From NCBI GenBank assembly GCA_943323675.2, contig CALPIR020000001.1, positions 1 to 37,970 on the forward strand: 37,970 nucleotides of DNA, in the 5' to 3' direction. A program made the position numbers and the translations under genes. The DNA is from Chitinophaga pinensis. GTDB taxonomy: Bacteria > Bacteroidota > Bacteroidia > UKL13-3. The notes under the pieces were generated by a model. That model saw only the letters and a list, made by a program, of their open reading frames with translations, was not told where the DNA came from and did not search any database. Every line of letters starts with the position of its first letter. Within the stretch, counting starts at the first letter, position 1. Positions 8,498-16,638 of this stretch are shown here, one piece after another.

Positions 8498-10366
8498 TTA
8501 TGATGAACGATATGGTCTGTTTAATGGTTCTTTAATATAGGGGCCTAAGAAAATTCGGGAATACATTCTTACAAGTGTAATTCCATCTAAAATTATACTT
8601 ATCGAAACCAACGATGCCAATAAAAGTTGATTTTGATGAATATGACTAAATAATAGATCTTCACCGATAAATGTTGCTGTAATAGGGAATCCTGACAACC
8701 CTAAACAGGCCATTAAAAATATAAAGGCTGTTTTCGGATATGGTATGGCATACCCATAAAAGTTATTCAGATCTATGTTTTTTTCTTTTCTTTTTAAAGT
8801 GTGAAGACAAGCATATCCAACTGCTCCCGAAACGATAACACCACTCATGTAAATAATTGCATCTTGCGCGTTAAATTGTTCGTTATACGAAACTGATAAT
8901 ACTAAGAATGCATGATTCATTATAATCATAAACCACGCGATGTATACATTATTACGCTCTATGAATGATTTTAATACCAGTTTTAAGCCTACTGCGGCAA
9001 GTATTATCGACATGTAGTTTTTTATCGAAGCTGGTATTAATTGTTGATGATATAACACATAAATAGCCGTAACAAAAAGTATTGTATATACAATAATGAT
9101 TTGGTTTATTTTAAGGAAGTCTACTTTTTTACCTAATGTTTTAAGTGTTCCCCATACATATCTATACATATACCAATCGAGGTTAAACTCTTTTATACTT
9201 AAAACGTAGATAGTATCCTTTATTCTTTTTTGCCAATTAGGAATTGATTTGTGAACTGGTTTTTCAAAATGATAAAACTGCTCTTTAATTAAATAACTAA
9301 CCAACGAAGGAGATACCAAGAGCTGATAGGTGCGTAAAAAGGCATTGCCTGCAAAATGTATTAATGCTATAATATGCCAACCACATGCAACTTCAATAAA
9401 AATAATGCCTATTTGTGCTGCTGATGAATATGCAATTTGACTTTTAACAGATGATTGAACCCTTGCTGTTAAGGTAGTAATTATAGCAGTACTTAATCCC
9501 AATAAAGCTATTATAATTCGAACTGAATATTGGTGTTCCCAAAAGGTGTATGTTCTGAATAGCAAGAACACTCCAATATGAACAGATAACGAACCATAGA
9601 AGATTGCACTTGATGGTGTTGGTCCTTCCATAGCTCGAGGAAGCCACGATGAGAAAGGAAGTTGAGCTGATTTAGCAGCTGCTGCAATTAAAATAGTTAG
9701 TGAAATAAATACACCCACAGCACTATGGCTCTGTAGTTGCTCATGCACCAAGTTATAGTTGTTTAATTTAATAAATGTAATATTTTCATGCCATAAATGA
9801 TGGCTCATCCACATGGCTAATAAAATCCCTATATCACCTATGCGATATATGCTAAAAACTTTTATCCCATTTTTAACAGGTAAATATCTATGACGATAAA
9901 ATGCTATTAACAAGAAAGATGATATACCTAAAATTTCCCACCCTAAAAATAAGGTTTCGAAATTACCTGACAATACAGTAATGCTATACCCAGTAAAAAA
10001 AAATAATATGGTGTTGAAATATCTTTTGTATCCTGTTTCTCTGTGTAAGTAGTACCTACTGTATACCGTTACCATTAATGTTAGTATTGAGCCAACAAGC
10101 AAGTATACTAAACTGATTAAATCAAAGTAAAAATCAATAGCAAACACATAATGTTTTGATTGATAAATTACCAATTCACTAATGTTTAATGCTTGATGCT
10201 CGTTTAGTAGCCAAAATATACTGAATGCGATAAGTAACAGGGTATTTAACGCAATACCTATGAATGCCGTGTACGATATAATTACTTCCTTTTTTTCGGG
10301 AATAAATAGGCTAATTATAAATGCAGCAAAAGGAATTAAAATAAATAATTGAATAAATTGTTCCAT
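8498..10366 (-). CDS. dabB: DabB: NuoL/Nad5/MrpA-like proton-conducting membrane subunit (PF00361-type), partner of DabA
   Basis: Polytopic membrane protein with GWEILGISSFLLIAFY and AAAKSAQLPFSSWLPRAMEGPTPSSAIFYGSLSVHIGVFLL motifs, including the conserved Glu and Lys of antiporter-like subunits. No other complex I or Mrp subunit is in the window. The ATG is 3 nt after the dabA stop. Confidence 0.88.
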   Translation of the reverse strand: MEQFIQLFILIPFAAFIISLFIPEKKEVIISYTAFIGIALNTLLLIAFSIFWLLNEHQALNISELVIYQSKHYVFAIDFYFDLISLVYLLVGSILTLMVTVYSRYYLHRETGYKRYFNTILFFFTGYSITVLSGNFETLFLGWEILGISSFLLIAFYRHRYLPVKNGIKVFSIYRIGDIGILLAMWMSHHLWHENITFIKLNNYNLVHEQLQSHSAVGVFISLTILIAAAAKSAQLPFSSWLPRAMEGPTPSSAIFYGSLSVHIGVFLLFRTYTFWEHQYSVRIIIALLGLSTAIITTLTARVQSSVKSQIAYSSAAQIGIIFIEVACGWHIIALIHFAGNAFLRTYQLLVSPSLVSYLIKEQFYHFEKPVHKSIPNWQKRIKDTIYVLSIKEFNLDWYMYRYVWGTLKTLGKKVDFLKINQIIIVYTILFVTAIYVLYHQQLIPASIKNYMSIILAAVGLKLVLKSFIERNNVYIAWFMIIMNHAFLVLSVSYNEQFNAQDAIIYMSGVIVSGAVGYACLHTLKRKEKNIDLNNFYGYAIPYPKTAFIFLMACLGLSGFPITATFIGEDLLFSHIHQNQLLLASLVSISIILDGITLVRMYSRIFLGPYIKEPLNRPYRSS

Positions 10367-10369
10367 TTG

Positions 10370-12877
10370 TTATGCTCCTATTAAATGTACTGGAATATTT
10401 TCGCCTGATGACAAGATCAACTCGTACATCTTATCTGCTTTGGGTATCTTAATTTCAAATGGCTCGTAGGTATCAAATCTTCCTTTATTGTATCTAAAAA
10501 ATTCGCCATTTTCTGGATTAACTACAACCAGATTAATCCATTCATTTTCAAACCATGCTGAGGTTTCTGCTGATTGATCAAGTGTTTGTTTAACCACATC
10601 GGGTAAATGTTCAATTACCATTAATAACCTAATTGGATTGTGCACTTCTATCATTTGCGAGGGTAATCCTGGACGTATATCTCCATCTATGCCGTTTGCA
10701 ACACCAACCAAACCCATTACATTATGAGGTAGTTTACTGCCTGCACCTAACTTCTGGTTATCAACTCTAGAAAAATAATACTCTAAATTAATGCCACCGC
10801 ATACAGGTGCTGCCGCCTTTAGTATGTTTAACAGCCATTTACCTTCAGGGTCAATTTTGTAATCATAAGAGTTCATAAAAGCGCGTCTGTCTAAAAATAT
10901 GCCATGCGTAATCTCCCTTCTACCTATTATGCATAAGCTATTGGTTGCATGGTTAAGTTCTGGTCGTGGTTCAAATAGAGAAACAGATCGTGTTTTAATT
11001 TTTTCATGTACATATTTTGCAGGTTTTTTTGTATTTACAACTTCAAACCTGCGTGATCGTTCTCTCGCGTTCTCATCTAATGCGTTGTTAAATGTGTGTT
11101 TGTTTTCTCGGTGAAGATAAATGTGTTTTTCACGTAGGTTTTCTTCATCATAAAAAACCATTTCATCTCTTGTGGTATCATGTAAAGCGGCAATAAACAC
11201 CGTATTAACTGGAATGTTTATTCCTGCTATTTTAAGTATTTCTCTAACCTCTGTGTTGTTTGCCATTTGGCAAAAAACACGTGCATTAACTGAACCAGGT
11301 CTGCCACTGCAAGCACCGCAATCATATGCAGCATAATGAGGATTATTTACACTGCTAGAACCATGACCAATAACATATACAATTGGTGCAAAATCATGAA
11401 TTAAACCAATGCTTTTTAATACGGCCTCCAATCTATTTGCCATTTCTATTTGTGAAAAACCAACTTGTAAATTATGCAGATTGGGTTGATTAGGATGGTA
11501 TTCAACTGTAAGTTTAGATAGTTTTTCCATATGCCTTAATGAGGTTGCTGTGGCCGGACTCATGGAAGGTTTAAACAAGTTAACGCACAATCTTAATGCC
11601 GACCAAAACCCTAATGTTTGAGAAATAAGCCAACCTGTAACTAAATTATGTGAGTGCTTACTTAAGTGTACATCTTTATCTATCGTTCTGCTGCTATCAT
11701 ATTCCTTTATTAAAAATTTAGGAGTAATTGGTACTGGACATGATTTGGTTAAGAATTTACCATGCTCAGGTTGATAATAGAATTCAACACCAAAGTGGCC
11801 GGGAGTCCCAAAAGTTTCGCATTTATTGTTTAACTGTTCAACATGTCTTCTTATAGAGCATTCCCTATCATCTATACAAAATAATGCTTGAAAGCTTTTA
11901 TCTTTAATTGATATAGATTTTGTTGATGGAATACTATTTTGTTTTACAGCGCAAAGAATGCTATCGTAATATGTCCACTCGTAGGCTTCTTGCCACATAT
12001 TAACTAATTCTTGATATTCGCTTTTATCAATTGCAGCAAAAAGGCTAGTTGGAGCCATTTCAACTTTTTCAGATATCGGCTTCCAATTGTTTCCTAAATA
12101 AAAGGTGAGTGCGTCAATTTCTAAAAGTAATTCAAATGCTATAAAATCATGAAGTGTTATGTTGCGCTTATCAAGTAAAGTTTCTGGTTGATCTTCTATT
12201 GTAGCCACTAATCCAGACCAACCTGGATGACTAAATTGTTGATCGAAAAGATAATTTTCAAACCACATTTCATCTCCAACCACTATGTGCAGCAATGCAG
12301 GTAACTTACATTGAGAGTGTAGTAATAAATTTCTAGCGCGTTCAGTTTTAAAGAAACTAACATGGCTATTACGCTCAAGCTCACGTAGAGATGAAAGAAA
12401 TCCTTTGTGCTCAATTGGAAAATTATCAATAGCAATCCCTTGGTCAAGATAGCTGCATAATATCCTAAATAATAAAGGCTGAATCTGATTATCTAAATCA
12501 ATTCTAAAGGAGTCTTTCCAATACGCACGTAGCTTGCCAATTCTTATGTCGCATGTTGGTTTAATTGATTTGTTTAACATTTTCTCTTTCCATTCAACTA
12601 AACAATTTGCTCCTTTATATTTAATAATAACATTGTTTAGTATCTTATCATTAATTTCATTTTTCCCATATAAGTCATGGTACTCGATTAAAGTTAGAAA
12701 AGTATTAAATCCGAATATTTCAGTTGCCTGATTTAACCCATCAATAAAGTTTAAGTGTTGAAATGCATGTAAAGTATTATGATGTACAAAGTCTTTTAAT
12801 GGTGCCTGACTTGGCAAATAATGCTTGAGATTGTGCAGCACATGCTCTTCTGCAAATGCCGATTTTTTTATATCCAT
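10370..12877 (-). CDS. dabA: DabA: DUF2309-family inorganic carbon pump subunit with beta-carbonic-anhydrase-like metal site
   Basis: 835 aa. Motifs seen: LKDFVHHNTLHAF near the N-terminus, FCIDDRECSIRRH (CxDxR), VIGHGSSSVNNPHYAAYDCGACSGRPG, GGINLEYYFSRVDNQKLGAGSKLPHNV. Size, motif order and pairing with a NuoL-like gene fit DUF2309/DabA (MpsB). Confidence 0.9.
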   Translation of the reverse strand: MDIKKSAFAEEHVLHNLKHYLPSQAPLKDFVHHNTLHAFQHLNFIDGLNQATEIFGFNTFLTLIEYHDLYGKNEINDKILNNVIIKYKGANCLVEWKEKMLNKSIKPTCDIRIGKLRAYWKDSFRIDLDNQIQPLLFRILCSYLDQGIAIDNFPIEHKGFLSSLRELERNSHVSFFKTERARNLLLHSQCKLPALLHIVVGDEMWFENYLFDQQFSHPGWSGLVATIEDQPETLLDKRNITLHDFIAFELLLEIDALTFYLGNNWKPISEKVEMAPTSLFAAIDKSEYQELVNMWQEAYEWTYYDSILCAVKQNSIPSTKSISIKDKSFQALFCIDDRECSIRRHVEQLNNKCETFGTPGHFGVEFYYQPEHGKFLTKSCPVPITPKFLIKEYDSSRTIDKDVHLSKHSHNLVTGWLISQTLGFWSALRLCVNLFKPSMSPATATSLRHMEKLSKLTVEYHPNQPNLHNLQVGFSQIEMANRLEAVLKSIGLIHDFAPIVYVIGHGSSSVNNPHYAAYDCGACSGRPGSVNARVFCQMANNTEVREILKIAGINIPVNTVFIAALHDTTRDEMVFYDEENLREKHIYLHRENKHTFNNALDENARERSRRFEVVNTKKPAKYVHEKIKTRSVSLFEPRPELNHATNSLCIIGRREITHGIFLDRRAFMNSYDYKIDPEGKWLLNILKAAAPVCGGINLEYYFSRVDNQKLGAGSKLPHNVMGLVGVANGIDGDIRPGLPSQMIEVHNPIRLLMVIEHLPDVVKQTLDQSAETSAWFENEWINLVVVNPENGEFFRYNKGRFDTYEPFEIKIPKADKMYELILSSGENIPVHLIGA

Positions 12878-12971
12878 GAAAATAGAATAAAATAAAATAA
12901 TAAATAGGAATTGAGACGATGGCTGTGGTTCGCTATCGTTTTAGCGTGGTTAGCGCCAAAGCATAAAAATC

Positions 12972-13307
12972 CTAAATAGTTAGCCGACTAACTAGCAAAT
13001 ATTTCGGGAATATACTCGCTTTATTCAGTTGGAAAATGAGAGCTCTAAGACGCGTATTTACTGACGCACAACTCAATGAGTTAAACCCAAAAAGTAAAAT
13101 GAATATTAAACCTAAAGAAGATATTTCTATTTTAATATTTCCATCTTCTATCTCTATATCTTCAGATAATAAGAGAGGTATGCTATGATGTGTGTTTTTT
13201 ACAGAATGGTGGTATACTTTAGCAAAAGGAGTTCCTACCTTTGATAACAAAGGATTGACTAAAATTAGTAGTGAAAAAACTAGAATTAAACTTTTGCGAA
13301 AAATCAC
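12972..13307 (-). CDS. Hypothetical small membrane protein (GTG start), upstream of dabA
   Basis: 111-codon ORF filling most of an otherwise non-coding 555-nt gap. It has an N-terminal hydrophobic segment (LILVFSLLILVNPLL), a His-rich stretch (YHHSVKNTHHS) and a second TM (LGLIFILLFGF). It has a non-ATG start and no recognisable family, so coding status is uncertain. Confidence 0.35.
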   Translation of the reverse strand: MIFRKSLILVFSLLILVNPLLSKVGTPFAKVYHHSVKNTHHSIPLLLSEDIEIEDGNIKIEISSLGLIFILLFGFNSLSCASVNTRLRALIFQLNKASIFPKYLLVSRLTI

Positions 13308-13432
13308 AATTCAAATATAACTTATTTCGGATATACATTTCATTTTTATGCGAGTTTTAATACAGTAAATTTTAGGGTAGGTTTAGTAGCCATCAACTAA
13401 TATCTTATCTTCACGGCCTAGTATATAAACAG

Positions 13433-14806
13433 ATGTACAAAAAATATAAACCCTATTTTACTCAAATTTTAAGACTTAGTTACCCAATTATTATAGGCCA
13501 AATTGGTATAGTTTTGATGGGTGTTGCAGATGTTGTCATGATTGGTAATATTAATGCCACTAATTTGGCGGCAGCTGGTTTAGCCAACTCTGTATATTTT
13601 CTGGTTTCAATCATTGGTATAGGAACTTTATCTGCAGTATCTCCAATAGTTGCCAAAGCAAAAGGTGCTGGGCATGTCAACGAAACGGCTTTGTTACTCA
13701 GGCAAAGTATCTGGGCATCGCTAACATTAAGTATTTTTATTGTAGCTATTTTATACATACTAACAATAAATCTTGAGTGGTTCGGGCAGAGCGAAGAGGT
13801 TACCGTGCTAACAAAATCATACCTTCATATATTAAACGGAGGTACTGTTTTTATGTTATTGTTTACTGCTATAAAACAGTTTAGTGATGGATTATCTATA
13901 ACCAAGCCATCTGCTATTATTACCATATTGGGCTTGGCGCTTAACGTATTTTTAAATTGGGTTTTAATTTATGGAAAGTTTGGTTTACCTGCTTTAGAAC
14001 TTGATGGAGCAGGTTATGCTACTTCTTTTACCCGATTGCTAATGGCATCGGCTATGTTAGCTTTTGTTTTAAGGGGTAATATATATAAACCTTGGCTTAA
14101 AATAAAAGAGCATATCGGGGGTTTAAGTTTATTCAAAGATATTTTTCGCATAGGGTTGCCATCGGGTATGCAATATTTTTTTGAGGTTGGTGCATTTGCA
14201 TCTGCAGCTATTATGATAGGGTGGTTTAGTAAAGAGCAACTAGCTGCCCATCACATCGCCATTAACCTTGCATCAGTTACCTATATGGTTGCTACAGGGT
14301 TATCAGCAGGAGGTGGTATTGCCGTTGGAGATGCTTGGGGGCGCAAGAATAAAACAGACCTGATTATGTCGGGTAAGGCAGCATTGATTATGAGTGTGTT
14401 ATTTATGGGAAGCACTGCATTGTTATTTGCTGTATTTAACACCTTTTTTGTTAGTTTATATATTGATGATGTTTTGGTTGGAGGAATGGCAGCAAACCTT
14501 CTTTTAATTGCAGCGTTATTTCAACTAAGTGATGGTGTACAATGTGTTAGTTTAGGTATTTTACGTGCAATCAATGATACTAAAATGCCAACAGTTTTTA
14601 CTGTTATAGCTTATTGGGTAATTGGTATTCCAATCGGTTGGTTATTGGCAAAATATTTTGATTTAGGATTATACGGAATTTGGTTTGGTTTAAGTCTAGG
14701 GTTAACTTACTCAGCAATTATTTTAAGCCGTAGGTTTTTAAAAGAATCGCGGGAGTTCGATTTTGTGAAAGCAGAACAACAGCACTTTAACGATCTTATC
14801 AATTAA
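13433..14806 (+). CDS. MATE-family efflux transporter (NorM/DinF-like)
   Basis: 457 aa with 12 predicted TM segments and a two-fold internal repeat. The N-terminus (ILRLSYPIIIGQIGIVLMGVADVVMIG) is typical of MATE proteins. Confidence 0.9.
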   Translation: MYKKYKPYFTQILRLSYPIIIGQIGIVLMGVADVVMIGNINATNLAAAGLANSVYFLVSIIGIGTLSAVSPIVAKAKGAGHVNETALLLRQSIWASLTLSIFIVAILYILTINLEWFGQSEEVTVLTKSYLHILNGGTVFMLLFTAIKQFSDGLSITKPSAIITILGLALNVFLNWVLIYGKFGLPALELDGAGYATSFTRLLMASAMLAFVLRGNIYKPWLKIKEHIGGLSLFKDIFRIGLPSGMQYFFEVGAFASAAIMIGWFSKEQLAAHHIAINLASVTYMVATGLSAGGGIAVGDAWGRKNKTDLIMSGKAALIMSVLFMGSTALLFAVFNTFFVSLYIDDVLVGGMAANLLLIAALFQLSDGVQCVSLGILRAINDTKMPTVFTVIAYWVIGIPIGWLLAKYFDLGLYGIWFGLSLGLTYSAIILSRRFLKESREFDFVKAEQQHFNDLIN

Positions 14807-14808
14807 TC

Positions 14809-15747
14809 ATGAATTCAAACCTTAAGGTGCACTTAGCGCTGTTTACCGTATCGTTAATTTATGGTGCTACATTTACTATTGCAAAACAGGTTATGCCTAC
14901 TTATGTTCAGCCTTTTGCATTTATATTGATGCGTGTTTCAGTAGCGGCCATTTTCATTTTCATTTTCCATTCCATTTTCATCAAAAGAAAAATTACTGAT
15001 TGGCGAGATATGAAGCAACTTTTTGTGAGTGCGTTATTTGGCGTTGCTTTTAATATGCTGCTTTTTTTTAAAGGACTTTCAATCACAACACCAATTAATG
15101 GCGCAGTGCTTATGATGAATACACCAATATTTGTTGTGGTATTTGCTGCTTTATATCTAAAAGAAAAAATCACCTATCAAAAAGTTACAGGTATTTTAGT
15201 TGCTGCATTTGGGGCAATTTTATTAATGGGAGGAACCAATTTTAACTTTAGTGGGCAAACGGTATGGGGCGATGTTATGGTTACAGCAAATGCCATCATT
15301 TATGCATTTTATCTTGTATATGCTAAATCGCTTATGCAAAAGTACCATCCTCTTACGGTAACAATGTGGAGTTTTTTATTCGGTTGGTTGGTGGTTTTGC
15401 CTTTTGGTGCCGGAGAGTTTATGGAAATTAAGTTCAGCGATTTTACTCCCCAAATTTGGCTATTTGTGGCTTTCGTAACAATAGGCTCTACATTTTTAAC
15501 CTATGTGCTAAATGCATATGCCCTGCGCAAGGCTAGTTCGTCTTTAGTTGGAAGTTACATATATCTTCAACCTGTTTTGGCTACATTAATTGCTGTTGTG
15601 TCGGGTAAGGACATGCTCACTCTTGAGAAACTTATTTATGTTGTGGTTATTTTTTGCGGAGTATTTTTGGTGAGTTGGAAAACTAACTTATTAGAAAGTA
15701 TTTCTTACAAATATAAATTAGTAAAAAAAATGCCTCGTAGTAATTAA
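14809..15747 (+). CDS. EamA/DMT-superfamily transporter
   Basis: 312 aa with 10 TM segments arranged as two EamA-like halves. It starts 2 nt after the MATE stop, so it is probably co-transcribed. Confidence 0.88.
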   Translation: MNSNLKVHLALFTVSLIYGATFTIAKQVMPTYVQPFAFILMRVSVAAIFIFIFHSIFIKRKITDWRDMKQLFVSALFGVAFNMLLFFKGLSITTPINGAVLMMNTPIFVVVFAALYLKEKITYQKVTGILVAAFGAILLMGGTNFNFSGQTVWGDVMVTANAIIYAFYLVYAKSLMQKYHPLTVTMWSFLFGWLVVLPFGAGEFMEIKFSDFTPQIWLFVAFVTIGSTFLTYVLNAYALRKASSSLVGSYIYLQPVLATLIAVVSGKDMLTLEKLIYVVVIFCGVFLVSWKTNLLESISYKYKLVKKMPRSN

Positions 15748-15770
15748 CTAACGAGGCATTTTTTGGTTTT
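15727..15770. terminator. Bidirectional rho-independent terminator
   Basis: aaaatgcctcgt (15727-15738) / acgaggcatttt (15751-15762) followed by ttttggttttt. The left arm overlaps the last EamA codons. The convergent gene ends at 15780. Confidence 0.8.
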
Positions 15771-15779
15771 TAATATCTA

Positions 15780-16475
15780 CTACCAATCTTCTTCATCTAC
15801 TATAATTGGATCTTTCATGTGTTTAGTAAAATCCTCCATTAATCTTTTAATATCGGTGTCTGCATCACGCAATATTTTATCGTAGGTTTTTACCGATTTT
15901 GGTGATGTATAATAGAATTCGAAATAATTACGAATAGCATTACCATTATTAGGTTTTATGCCCTCATGAACCAAATTGCTTATTTGGTACTTATACCTTC
16001 CTTCTTTTATCCAAACTGTTACTTTAAATTGATGTTTACCAGTAGGTATTTTTGTGTATTTACTATTATAATTATAAGCAGTAATTACTCCGTTAATCAC
16101 CAATTTTTGATTTTTCTTATCTATTTCAAATAATGTTTTCTCATTTTTACTAAATCGGAGTTGAGCCCATCTTTTAGCTCTAACGTATAATGAATCTGAT
16201 CCAGTTTCTTCCTGTTCTACCACACCTAGATAGGTGATCAGGTTAGTTACTGAATCGATGTTTAATACAATACGTTCGAATGGCTTTGCAGCAACTCCGC
16301 CTTCTTGTGCAGGTTCTATTGGATTACCATTTTCGTCATATTGTTGCTCTTCCTGTTGCGTACTATCAGGTTTCTCGGTTTTCTGCCCTTCACTGGTTTC
16401 TTCCGGGTTCTGTATTTGAGCAAAGCCCACCGCACTCATCACACTAAATACAAATAATAGGATTACTTTTTTCAT
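15780..16475 (-). CDS. DUF4468-like secreted protein with acidic low-complexity linker
   Basis: Start set at the ATG at 16475 (MKKVILLFVFSVMSAVGFAQ signal peptide). A Q/E-rich linker is followed by the domain ITYLGVVEQEETGSDSLYVRAKRWAQLRF...HQFKVTVWIKEGRYKYQISNL, which resembles DUF4468 (TBP-like fold). Confidence 0.6.
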   Translation of the reverse strand: MKKVILLFVFSVMSAVGFAQIQNPEETSEGQKTEKPDSTQQEEQQYDENGNPIEPAQEGGVAAKPFERIVLNIDSVTNLITYLGVVEQEETGSDSLYVRAKRWAQLRFSKNEKTLFEIDKKNQKLVINGVITAYNYNSKYTKIPTGKHQFKVTVWIKEGRYKYQISNLVHEGIKPNNGNAIRNYFEFYYTSPKSVKTYDKILRDADTDIKRLMEDFTKHMKDPIIVDEEDW

Positions 16476-16541
16476 TCTCTGTCTATTGCTTTTTAACTCA
16501 ATTAAGTTGTTGTTAACTGTTTGCCAAAAATAGAAAATCAT

Positions 16542-16577
16542 TTTGTTTTTCAAACCCCAATCTAAACGATATTTTTG
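16542..16577 (+). promoter_or_regulatory. Candidate Bacteroidota sigma-A promoter for menD (-33 TTTG / -7 TAnnTTTG)
   Basis: TATTTTTG at 16570-16577 matches the TAnnTTTG -7 consensus, 62 nt upstream of the menD ATG. TTTG sits at 16542-16545, but the spacer is 24 nt, longer than typical. Confidence 0.3.
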
Positions 16578-16638
16578 GTGCGCTGTTTACAAAACTAAAC
16601 GTATGCCCTTTTAGTTTAATATTTACAGCCTAAAAATT

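Noticed and set aside
9995-10003. A9/T9 homopolymer inside dabB (also T8 runs at 8463-8470, 5748-5755 and 6749-6756 in sulP and the porin) as possible phase-variation switches
   Set aside because: Runs of 8-9 A/T occur throughout this AT-rich window, in housekeeping genes too (for example hutI 2933-2940). All current copies keep the frames intact, and there is no evidence of contingency-locus behaviour from a single sequence.
13312-13319. TATATTTG (minus strand) as the promoter -7 box for the dab operon
   Set aside because: It matches TAnnTTTG, but no -33 TTTG lies at a suitable distance, and the motif is common by chance in AT-rich DNA. I kept it only as a note inside the leader-region finding, not as a feature.
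14949-14966. (CATTTT)x3 hexanucleotide tandem repeat in the EamA transporter gene
   Set aside because: The unit is in frame (2 codons) and encodes an Ile/Phe TM segment (IFIFIF). Copy-number change would not frameshift. It is most likely a by-product of hydrophobic codon usage.
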